32,000 nt of DNA from Candidatus Heimdallarchaeota archaeon B3_Heim. GTDB taxonomy: Archaea; Asgardarchaeota; Heimdallarchaeia; Hodarchaeales; Hodarchaeaceae. The notes below the pieces were generated by a model, which was given only the letters and a program-made list of their open reading frames with translations, ran no database searches and was not told the DNA's origin. The stretch's first letter is position 1. Each line of letters begins with the position of its first letter. The stretch spans positions 1-32,000 of the forward strand of contig NJBF01000008.1 of the NCBI GenBank assembly GCA_003144275.1, in the 5' to 3' direction. A program made the translations under genes and the position numbers. Positions 9,551 through 17,791 of this stretch are shown piece after piece.

Positions 9551-10288
9551 ATGAGGAAAGCATCTATTTTACTCATTGTAGGTATTATTTTATCAGCACC
9601 TATCCTAAGCGTTTCATCAACTATCTTCATAGAGCCGAAATTAGACTGGAAAGCTGCTGTGGGGGATTCCATGACCTTCCACTATACAAAATATTATGAT
9701 TCTTTCGATTCTGACGGAAATAGAGACCCGCATTCAACAATATTATCCATAATTAGTTCTAAGGGGGAAAATGTTAATATTTCAATAAAAAAGGGGTTGA
9801 AGGTCAGAGCTGTCATTACAGAGCTAGGGGACGCCCTTCCATCTATACAGTTATCATTTAATGGAATATCTACAGCCATGAGAAGATATACAGAATATTT
9901 CATATTTCACGGGTATGTTCTTGTTAAAACAGTCGATAATCAGACGTACTGGGATAGCAAGGCTATTCATACTGTAGAAAGCTCTCCATTTTCTAATCAC
10001 ACATTAGAAATTTCTGTAGAAGGTGAGAATTTTGTTACCAGGCATTTTAACGTTCATAATTCAGGGCAAATCTCTCAAAGTGTCCATAAGAGGAATTGGA
10101 AGACAGGTTGGTTTACTTATATCCATTCAAAGAATTCAAATGAAACTCATACTCTACAGGAAGTTGAATTCTCGGCTAACACGAAAGGATTATTCACTAA
10201 TTTGATTTCGGAGAGGATTTTTATTCTTTTAATGTTTCTCCTTACCTTTGTGACCATTATAATAATCACAAAACGAAGGACGGGCTGA
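9551..10288 (+). CDS. Secreted/cell-surface protein with signal peptide and C-terminal membrane anchor
   Basis: N-terminal MRK plus hydrophobic stretch; C-terminal TM helix followed by the basic tail KRRTG; beta-rich core. Confidence 0.75.
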   Translation: MRKASILLIVGIILSAPILSVSSTIFIEPKLDWKAAVGDSMTFHYTKYYDSFDSDGNRDPHSTILSIISSKGENVNISIKKGLKVRAVITELGDALPSIQLSFNGISTAMRRYTEYFIFHGYVLVKTVDNQTYWDSKAIHTVESSPFSNHTLEISVEGENFVTRHFNVHNSGQISQSVHKRNWKTGWFTYIHSKNSNETHTLQEVEFSANTKGLFTNLISERIFILLMFLLTFVTIIIITKRRTG

Positions 10289-10451
10289 TTCTAGGGGAAA
10301 ATCCATTATGGATAATATTCACTTTTCAAGTAGCTAAAAATGTCGAGTGAAGTAACACCTTTTTAAATTCCAAATAGCTAATTAATAATAATCAACTGGC
10401 TGAGGTACGAGTTGTTAAGTACTTTTTTAATTCATTAGAGAGGTCAATCTC

Positions 10452-10994
10452 ATGGTCATGTATAGCTGCAAGGTCATTTTATTAGGCCAAGGAGGTGTTG
10501 GAAAAACATCGGTTATTCGACGCTTCGTAGAGCAAGCTTTTAGCCATGACTATAAAACTACGGTTGGTAGTAACTTTTTATTGAAAAGACTACAATTAGA
10601 TGCCGAAACACGCATGACTATGCAAATTTGGGATCTATCAGGACAGGACTCCTTCCGAAATATTCGTACCCAATATTTTCTCCACTCTCACGGCGGTATC
10701 ATGGTATATGACTTAACTCGTCCTGAAACCCTTGCTAAACTTGATAAATGGCATTCAGATTTCACGGAAAAGGCTGGTGAAGTTCCTCTTATGCTATTTG
10801 GTAATAAAGTTGATTTAGAGGAGCAAAGAGCTATTAAATACGAAACTGGAACAGAAAAGGCCAAGAAATTCCATGCCACGTATTACGAAACATCTGCTCT
10901 TAATGGAAAAAATGTTCAGGAAGCATTTACTCGGCTGGCCACCAATATTATTGCCCATATTGATGCTAGACGAAGTAAGATAGGAAATAGATGA
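10452..10994 (+). CDS. Rab-like small GTPase (Ras superfamily; eukaryotic signature protein)
   Basis: G1 GQGGVGKTS, G2 YKTTVG, G3 WDLSGQD, G4 GNKVD, G5 ETSAL; no C-terminal Cys prenylation motif. Confidence 0.93.
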   Translation: MVMYSCKVILLGQGGVGKTSVIRRFVEQAFSHDYKTTVGSNFLLKRLQLDAETRMTMQIWDLSGQDSFRNIRTQYFLHSHGGIMVYDLTRPETLAKLDKWHSDFTEKAGEVPLMLFGNKVDLEEQRAIKYETGTEKAKKFHATYYETSALNGKNVQEAFTRLATNIIAHIDARRSKIGNR

Positions 10995-11004
10995 AAAAAC
11001 TAAC

Positions 11005-11013
11005 TTTTTTTTT
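11005..11013 (+). terminator. T-tract terminator after the Rab-like gene
   Basis: T9 run 10 nt downstream of the stop codon. Confidence 0.45.
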
Positions 11014-11196
11014 CTTGAAATTTCTCGAGAGTCACTTTTTACTTTATTAAAGTACGTTCTATCAACTGTTTTCTTAATTATGACAAAAGTTCTCCTTGGA
11101 GCAATACTAGCTTTGAAATCTACTTTTTTGAAAATAAATCTATTTATAGGTGTATTCTGATAATTCAATTACAAACGGTGAAAGAGCCGAGTAATT

Positions 11197-11394
11197 ATGA
11201 GTAAAAAGGACGATCCTCTGTTAATATTCACAACAAAAGTAAGTCGATGTGCAAACGGGTACCATTTGAAAATTCGTAAGAAAGATGTCGAATTACTCAA
11301 TTTAGCTGGCCAGATGGTTAAGATCAAGGTCTACACTGTCGGTCAAACAGAAGAGGAAACAACTAAAGATCCTTATGAAAAATTAGTTGATTAA
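11197..11394 (+). CDS. Small AbrB/MazE-like swapped-hairpin DNA-binding protein
   Basis: 65 aa; 'TKVSRCANGYHLKIRKKDVELLNLAGQMVKIKV' fits the beta-hairpin/helix/beta AbrB pattern; GGTGA SD-like motif upstream. Confidence 0.65.
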   Translation: MSKKDDPLLIFTTKVSRCANGYHLKIRKKDVELLNLAGQMVKIKVYTVGQTEEETTKDPYEKLVD

Positions 11395-11443
11395 AAAAGG
11401 CTTTTAACTACTTAATCCCCAGTTTCGATATTGAGGTTTTTTC

Positions 11444-12193
11444 ATGTCATTAAACGTTAAACCTACAGGGATCACAAATTTTGATAAAATTCTTGGTGGG
11501 GGAATCCCCTCTGGGTGGTTCATCGCATTACGTGGAGGCGCTGGGGTTGGAAAAACAACATTAGCTATTCAATTTTTACTGGAAGGAATACTCAAATACA
11601 ATGACCCCGGACTGTTAGTTACTTTTAATGAACCTCTACCAGCCTTGAATGCAATTATGCGTAATTATGGCTGGGATCTTCAAGGATTACAAGACATGGG
11701 AGAATTATCCGTCTTAGATTTTAGTTCCACAGAAATGGGTATAATGCAGCAAGCTAGTCGATTACGAGAAGCCTCTCTGGATTATGTCACCCAAAAAATT
11801 ATTGATGAAGTGAGAAGGCTAGGAGTAAACAGATTAGTGATAGACCCGTTAAATACCTTCTCTTTACTCTTCCGTGATTTATTTGAAGTACGAAAAGAAC
11901 TACATAGAGTGATTGGTATCTTGTGGCAAGAGAAGTGCACAACCCTCGCGGTCTATGAAAACACCGATGATTCTGTTACCGATCCTAATAATCCACAATT
12001 CTCCACTGAGGACTTCCTAGCATATGGTGTAATTAACCTACAATATATGCTGATCAATTCATCACGTGAAAGAGCTATCGAAATTCTGAAGATGAGAGGG
12101 ATGAAACATTCCAAGCGAATTCATCCTTATGCGATAACTGATAAGGGTATTTCAATTAAGGCAGATAAACCAATTGTTTTTGGAAAACAATAG
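11444..12193 (+). CDS. Single-domain KaiC/RAD55 family RecA-like ATPase
   Basis: 'TGITNFDKILGGGIP', Walker A GGAGVGKTT, 'VTFNE', Walker B RLVID, and 'RAIEILKMRG..HSKRIHPYAITDKGI'. Confidence 0.92.
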   Translation: MSLNVKPTGITNFDKILGGGIPSGWFIALRGGAGVGKTTLAIQFLLEGILKYNDPGLLVTFNEPLPALNAIMRNYGWDLQGLQDMGELSVLDFSSTEMGIMQQASRLREASLDYVTQKIIDEVRRLGVNRLVIDPLNTFSLLFRDLFEVRKELHRVIGILWQEKCTTLAVYENTDDSVTDPNNPQFSTEDFLAYGVINLQYMLINSSRERAIEILKMRGMKHSKRIHPYAITDKGISIKADKPIVFGKQ

Positions 12194-12268
12194 TTGAACC
12201 ATTTCTTTTATCGGTTCAGAACTAATTTTAATTCCTAAGATGAGCCTCACTATCAGTCGATTTCTTCA

Positions 12269-13066
12269 TTGGGAAGCATAATGACTGAACAAATACAAGA
12301 TCTCTCCTGGCGTATCATTCCTTATTCCCGAAATGATGCTTATCTCAACATGGCTGTTGATGAAGCAATTTACCAGTTATATGAAAAACTTAAAATTAAT
12401 ACTCTACGCTTGTACAGTTGGTACCCAAGTACAGTCTCTATAGGTCACCACCAATGCTTGGATGATGAGATTAATCTTTCCATGGTCAAAAAATACAATT
12501 TTCAAGCAGTTAGACGTATATCTGGTGGAGGAGCAGTTTTCCATGACTCTAAGGGGGAATTAACCTATTCTGTAGTGACTACAAAAAATCAGGTATCCAG
12601 TAAATCTATTGAAGCAAGTTATTATGAGATTGTAGACCTATTATTCTCTCCACTATCTAAACTTGGTATAACGATAGATTATAATCAAATTCATTGTCCA
12701 TCTGTTTTCAGTAAAGGAAAAAAACTCTCTGGAAATGCGCAAGCCCGATCAGGAAACGTAATACTCCAACATGGTACGATCCTCATCGATTATAACCCCG
12801 AACTCATGTATTCTGTTCTGAAAGCTCGACCAGGAAAAACAAAAAAACACATGGTCGAATCTGTCTATCAAAAGATTACTACAATATCAGAACAAATTAA
12901 GAAAACAATGACTCCACGCATGTTAGCAGAATTTATTTCTGAAGATTTATTGACAAACTTTCCTGCAACGTTTTTATTAGGGGAATTAACAACTGAAGAG
13001 CTAAAACTTTCTGAACAACTAGCAGAAACGAAGTATAACACCGAAGAATGGCTCCATCTCAAGTAG
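12269..13066 (+). CDS. lplA: Lipoate--protein ligase family protein (catalytic domain only)
   Basis: 'NMAVDEAI', 'VRRISGGGAVFHD', 'KKLSGNAQ', 'LQHGTIL'; the start may be the ATG of MTEQ; 8-bp convergent overlap with the next gene. Confidence 0.9.
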   Translation: MGSIMTEQIQDLSWRIIPYSRNDAYLNMAVDEAIYQLYEKLKINTLRLYSWYPSTVSIGHHQCLDDEINLSMVKKYNFQAVRRISGGGAVFHDSKGELTYSVVTTKNQVSSKSIEASYYEIVDLLFSPLSKLGITIDYNQIHCPSVFSKGKKLSGNAQARSGNVILQHGTILIDYNPELMYSVLKARPGKTKKHMVESVYQKITTISEQIKKTMTPRMLAEFISEDLLTNFPATFLLGELTTEELKLSEQLAETKYNTEEWLHLK

Positions 13067-14012
13067 AAAAAACTACATTCTCATTAAATTCCTGTTGAAG
13101 ATAATCTACAACAAAATTCTCAGGAAAGAGATACTTTCCATCTACAAGATATTTGGATAGTTGGTACTGGAAAGCATTTTCGAGATGGTTGACCACTGAT
13201 TTAGCGACCATTCGAGCAACTGAAAGAACCGAATTTTTATCTGTAATAATTGCACATAGAAGTGTGTCCCGTTTAACCATAACTATGGAATAATTTTCTG
13301 TCGATATAGAATTTAAGCCTTCACCACCCCCCATCATGCCACTTGCAAATTCATCAATCGCATTTAAAAATCCTGGTACAATATCATTACTCATAGACTC
13401 TTCAGGCTGATTCATGAATAAATGAGAAACTATAGGAACTCCTGTACGGAGAAAAAGATATATTCCTTCAAGTTTAATAAATTTCTTTGACATAGAAACT
13501 GCAATTTTTTGGGAAAACCAATTTAATGCACGATCGATATTCTTCCCAGTCTTTACAGAAATTTCAAATATTTGGAACGATCGTGTGGGGCTTTGATGAG
13601 GTAATTTCTGAAGATTGACCTTCTCTATTAATTTTGGTAGTTCTATGTGAGTTAAATCAGCTTTATTGGCCAAAATCATGAGAGGAGCTTCTGGATTCCA
13701 TTCTAAACATTTCCAAAGCCATTCCACCGCGTCGTTAAGTTTTTCAAGATCGCTGGAATCAATTATAAAGACGATTCCTTGTGAGAGTTTTACATACTCT
13801 TTCCAGAACATCTGTCGGAAACGTTCGTGTCCCCCTAAATCAAATAGCTGAAAAATTATACCTTGAATTTCCAAAATTTCTGTATCGAGTCCTGATGTCG
13901 GAAGCGTATTTCTAAATTCTCCAGTTTGAAGATGTAATACTAACGATGTTTTACCTGCGAACTCTAGCCCGACAATAACTATCGGAATACGCTTTCTTGG
14001 AAATTTCTGCAC
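13059..14012 (-). CDS. Arf/Sar1-like small GTPase fused to a C-terminal longin domain
   Basis: G1 VGLEFAGKTS, G2 LPTSG, G3 FDLGGHERFRQMFWKEY, G4 ANKADL, G5 EISVKTG. Residues ~178-290 (GIYLFLRTGVPIVSH...GFLNAIDEFA...LCAIIT) fit the longin pattern. GTG start. Confidence 0.88.
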   Translation of the reverse strand: MQKFPRKRIPIVIVGLEFAGKTSLVLHLQTGEFRNTLPTSGLDTEILEIQGIIFQLFDLGGHERFRQMFWKEYVKLSQGIVFIIDSSDLEKLNDAVEWLWKCLEWNPEAPLMILANKADLTHIELPKLIEKVNLQKLPHQSPTRSFQIFEISVKTGKNIDRALNWFSQKIAVSMSKKFIKLEGIYLFLRTGVPIVSHLFMNQPEESMSNDIVPGFLNAIDEFASGMMGGGEGLNSISTENYSIVMVKRDTLLCAIITDKNSVLSVARMVAKSVVNHLENAFQYQLSKYLVDGKYLFPENFVVDYLQQEFNENVVFST

Positions 14013-14193
14013 GATTGACTCAACTCGGACACAGGGAGCTTAGTTTTTCCTTATATGAAAGTGTCCTCAGTACGATTAATCGCTAATTATATTTAATAAT
14101 TTGTAAATGGTCTGTTATTGTACCTCAGTTTCACTGCTTTTGTTCATTGTTTGAAAAAAGAAATAGATTTGACTCATCTTGATATTTTGTTTT

Positions 14194-15582
14194 TTATTTA
14201 GAGAGAAATGAGTCGACAAGATTTCGTGCAAAAGCAATTAGCTCGGATTGGCGATCAAGATTTTCTTTAGGATCATACACTTCTATTTGCAGAGTATTGT
14301 TATCGCTAGCAAGATGGATGTGGATCCATTCAGTCTCTTCAGTAATGAGTTTAATACCAATAAAAGTGTCAATTACGCGAAAATCTTTCAAATGCTCATT
14401 TAAAACAGATTTGAAGAAGTTAAACATTTTTTCTAAGGGGAATGTTACTTCTGCTATTCTTTGAGCGAAAACTTGATGATTTCGATAAAGGTCTGTCGAT
14501 TTGAGATTTGATTTCGCCATTTGAGAGAGCACCGTGAAAGACGCAACTATAGCGTCAGATCCTGGAGAAAATACAGGCAATACAAATAATCCTGTATCAT
14601 TGAAGCCGTAGATGGCTCTGTGTTGTAGAACAGCCCGACCTATTCCTCCAGGTTCTCCATGGCCAGAAAAAATTAAATTTTTATGTAAATCGTGATATAC
14701 AGATGGGTGAACAGAGCTTCCAACAACCACGGTTGCATTAGAACTTGGATCATAACGTGAATGCAGGTTTACGGAAGCTGTTTCCTCAGCAGTTCTAATT
14801 CGGCCTTGACTGTCAATTATAATGGCATGTCGAGCTTCTGCATCCAAAGCAATTCCTAGATCTGCACCGATAGCACGAACAGTTTCTCTTAATCGGACTA
14901 AAGAGCTAGGATTTGGTAAAAAGAGCGGAGTACGAGGTCTATGAGCATTGAGGGTAATAACTTGACATCCAAACTCACTGAGTAAATCTGGCATAATTCT
15001 CGAGGCGGGACCACAGGCACAATCAACTACTACTCGTAAATTTGCCTCTTTCATGGATTCTTTACTAGAAGCAAAGAAACCTGCTAAGGCCCGATCATAA
15101 ACTTTCATTGCATCAGCTACGCTAATCCAACCTACATCGGGAGCCGCAACTCTTCTTAAGTCTCCTGATTTTGCAATTTCTACTATCTTCGCTACTTGTT
15201 TACTTTGGAATTCGATTCCTGTCGCCTCAAAAAGCTTTATGGACACCATTCCAGCAAGATTGTGACTTCGAGTGATCATGATCCCTGCATCAGCCCCATA
15301 TCGTCTAACCGCAAATTGTAAGATACTAGTAGGTATCCCATGAAGATCAATTAATTCAATTCCAGCTGAAAGAAGTCCCCCAGAAAATGACCGTTTTAGC
15401 ATACGAGTATCTCGTCTATAATCTCGACCGATCATCACTACTGCATTAGAATCTAAGTATGTACCCATTGCACCCCCTAGAAGTGCAGAAAGTTCTGGAG
15501 TCAATTCGGTATTTGAAAATGCAGTTATTCTCCCACCTTTAGCAAATGATTCATTATCCTTCAACATCTGTCTTATATCCAT
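14194..15582 (-). CDS. Alpha-D-phosphohexomutase (PMM/PGM) family protein, degenerate metal-binding loop
   Basis: 'GRDYR', phosphoserine loop TRSHN, 'VVVDCACGPAS'; the DxDxDR loop reads LDAEARH. Confidence 0.85.
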   Translation of the reverse strand: MDIRQMLKDNESFAKGGRITAFSNTELTPELSALLGGAMGTYLDSNAVVMIGRDYRRDTRMLKRSFSGGLLSAGIELIDLHGIPTSILQFAVRRYGADAGIMITRSHNLAGMVSIKLFEATGIEFQSKQVAKIVEIAKSGDLRRVAAPDVGWISVADAMKVYDRALAGFFASSKESMKEANLRVVVDCACGPASRIMPDLLSEFGCQVITLNAHRPRTPLFLPNPSSLVRLRETVRAIGADLGIALDAEARHAIIIDSQGRIRTAEETASVNLHSRYDPSSNATVVVGSSVHPSVYHDLHKNLIFSGHGEPGGIGRAVLQHRAIYGFNDTGLFVLPVFSPGSDAIVASFTVLSQMAKSNLKSTDLYRNHQVFAQRIAEVTFPLEKMFNFFKSVLNEHLKDFRVIDTFIGIKLITEETEWIHIHLASDNNTLQIEVYDPKENLDRQSELIAFARNLVDSFLSK

Positions 15583-15600
15583 TAAAATATTATTGATCTT

Positions 15601-16752
15601 CTATTTCTTCACAAAAATCTGATCCTTCTCTGTGATTATCGCCTCACTACTAGTAAACAGAGGGCCTATTACTGTACCTTCATTCAAATGAGAACCTGAA
15701 GCAATATGTACTCCATTACAAAGAATACTATTCTTAATTTTCACATTATTCTCAATTGTAACGTCATCCCAAATCACGGAGGCTTGTACTTCACAATTAT
15801 CGCCTATTGTAACCTTATTTCCAATTGTAGTATGAGATTTTATTTTGGTATTATTCCCAATTGTAACCTCATTACCTATCGCTGCTGGTGGCTCAATATA
15901 ACTTCCAGCTGGCAGGGAGGGAGAATTATCGTTAATCCAAATATTATTATCTTCTGATGTGGCTCGAGGAAAATACGGGAAAGCCCATCTTCGTAAAACA
16001 TCCCAATTTGTATATAGATATGTCTGGGGATTACCTGCATCCATCCAGTAGTATTCCCGTCGAGCGTAGCCATAGATGCCGTATTCTCTTGCTAGATAGG
16101 GAAACACATCCCTCCCAAAATCCATAAGATCGTCCAACGATTCCAGAATATCTAAAACATCGTGTTTGAATGCGTAAATACCCGTATTAACTAAATTTGA
16201 TTGAAGCCTTATAGTTTCCTTTTTAGAAAAGGTTAACGTAGCTAAACCCAGTTCTTGGGGAATTGGTTTTTCCAAGAATAACAAAATTCGTGAATCTTGG
16301 TTGAGCATTATAACACCAAATGCTCTGGGATGAGCTACGTCTTTCAAAGTTATACTTGCAATTCCCCCTTTTTCAGTATGAAAAGCCATGAAATCTTGCA
16401 GAGGAATGTTGGTTACAATGTCGGCCATGGTAACAATAAAATTATCGGTATCAATATAATTTGCAGCTTTTCTTACTGCATCTGCAGTGTCCAGTGGATC
16501 AAAAACTGGTAGAACGATATCTAAATCATTGAAATGGTCAGTTTCTTTGAAATATTGAATAATTTCCTCTCTCATATAACGAGTTATAATAGCAATTTTA
16601 CCTGTTATTCCCGCGTTTCGTAATAATTCCAAGTTATAATCGATCATTGGTTTATTTGCTACAGGAACTAACGGTTTGGGAATATTCTGAGTTAAGGGTC
16701 TTAATCTTGATCCTATTCCCCCAGCTAAAACAACAGCGCTCCATTCAGACAT
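15601..16752 (-). CDS. NDP-sugar pyrophosphorylase (mannose-1-phosphate guanylyltransferase-like) with left-handed beta-helix
   Basis: LAGGIGSRLRPLT..IPKPLVP, FLEKP, YWMDAG, and C-terminal hexapeptide repeats (IGNEVTIGNNTKI...). Confidence 0.92.
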   Translation of the reverse strand: MSEWSAVVLAGGIGSRLRPLTQNIPKPLVPVANKPMIDYNLELLRNAGITGKIAIITRYMREEIIQYFKETDHFNDLDIVLPVFDPLDTADAVRKAANYIDTDNFIVTMADIVTNIPLQDFMAFHTEKGGIASITLKDVAHPRAFGVIMLNQDSRILLFLEKPIPQELGLATLTFSKKETIRLQSNLVNTGIYAFKHDVLDILESLDDLMDFGRDVFPYLAREYGIYGYARREYYWMDAGNPQTYLYTNWDVLRRWAFPYFPRATSEDNNIWINDNSPSLPAGSYIEPPAAIGNEVTIGNNTKIKSHTTIGNKVTIGDNCEVQASVIWDDVTIENNVKIKNSILCNGVHIASGSHLNEGTVIGPLFTSSEAIITEKDQIFVKK

Positions 16753-16895
16753 CTACGGTGAAACTCCGGCAAAGTCGTCTACTAATTTCAGAATTTTGTT
16801 TCTAATCCTTGATTTCCATCCTTTGGACTTCCAAAAATTCTCAAGGGTTAAAAATTCTCTGTTAATATAGTACAGAAATTCTTTGAAAAATTCAA

Positions 16896-17102
16896 TCAAA
16901 TATTTCTTCTAAAGTAGATTCGCCAATGGTGCTGACACAATCGCTCTTCACATGTAGAACAATCATAATCAATTTCATCAGCACTTTCTTTTTTCTTATA
17001 ACAAGTATAGGAGTTACAAATGGCCGGTTTCCCACAGTACTGACATTCCTGTGAATCAACTTTAGGGTAGTGACTCTCTATTTTCGTTTTATTTTTTTGC
17101 AT
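16896..17102 (-). CDS. Small Cys/His-rich zinc-finger protein
   Basis: CQYCGKPAICNSYTC...CSTCEERLCQHH (7 Cys plus His in ~45 aa). The ATG at 17102 follows an AGGTGA SD-like motif; the track start is the GTG at 17117. Confidence 0.65.
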   Translation of the reverse strand: MQKNKTKIESHYPKVDSQECQYCGKPAICNSYTCYKKKESADEIDYDCSTCEERLCQHHWRIYFRRNI

Positions 17103-17383
17103 AATCAATATTATCACCTAGATTAAGGTTGTATAGAAATAAAGAGTGATGATTCATGGAAGTATGTCTAGCCTCCCCCAGAGATTCATTCGTCCTTTAT
17201 ACTCTTACAAGGAAGGCTTAAAATAAATCTTTTTAAGCGTTTTCCACAATTTTCGGAAAAATTGCATTTGTTTTTGCGAAATTTTCTTTAAAACTGTTCC
17301 TTTCTTTATGGACATTTATTCCTTTCTTAGGAATACTAAGAAACGAATATGAACCCATCTATTCACCTTTATTATGATTCAAG

Positions 17384-17620
17384 GTGAACCGTTTCCCCGC
17401 CAGGGCAGTCGGGCGGGATACTTACACCCATATAGGACATAAGTCTGTGAATATAGGTCATAGAAACACTGAGTTGATGTATACCTCTCCGAGAAGTCGT
17501 CTAAGTTCGGATAGTCCAATTGTTCGTGTGAGTTGATTTCTACCACGGCATGAGGGGGTAACCAGTGGTTGAATTTCAAGCGTGACTCCATCCTTTCATC
17601 CTCCTGACCCTTTATAAGCT
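17384..17620 (-). mobile_element. Candidate non-autonomous IS200/IS605-type element or structured ncRNA
   Basis: The minus strand ends ...TCCCGCCCGACTGCCCTGGCGGGGAAACGGTTCAC: a GC hairpin followed by GTTCAC, like IS200/IS605 right ends. The segment is more GC-rich than its flanks, has internal direct repeats and no recognisable protein. The left boundary is uncertain. Confidence 0.4.
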
Positions 17621-17791
17621 CCCTAGGAAATTTCGTTTACTTCCTCTTTTCTCGTGAGGTTAAGTGTTCCTATTTGTCTATATTTGGGTATAAATTTATC
17701 GATAGTTAATAACCCTATCATTTAAAAATATCAAAAACTCTAAAACATTATCCTTCGTGATTCCCCTAACTCAAAATTTTGAACCCTGCCT

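Noticed and set aside
10815-11168. 117-aa minus-strand ORF
   Set aside because: Overlaps the Rab-like gene antisense and crosses a poly-T/poly-A tract; no motifs.
17148-17175. GTGATGA box C-like sequence
   Set aside because: No CTGA D/D' box at guide distance and no C' box.
17379-17591. 70-aa ORF (MESRLKFNHW...) in the track
   Set aside because: No recognisable motif; it overlaps the hairpin/repeat element and is probably incidental. Not fully excluded.
17384-17650. SRP RNA or RNase P RNA as explanation of the GC-rich intergenic stretch
   Set aside because: Neither the SRP helix-8 CAGG-GNRA-AGCA motif nor the RNase P GAGGAAAGUCC / CR-V motifs was found on either strand.
17120-17790. Replication origin near oapABC (as in haloarchaea)
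   Set aside because: No cdc6/orc1 gene in the window and no convincing repeated ORB (GTTCCAGTGGAAAC-like) boxes.
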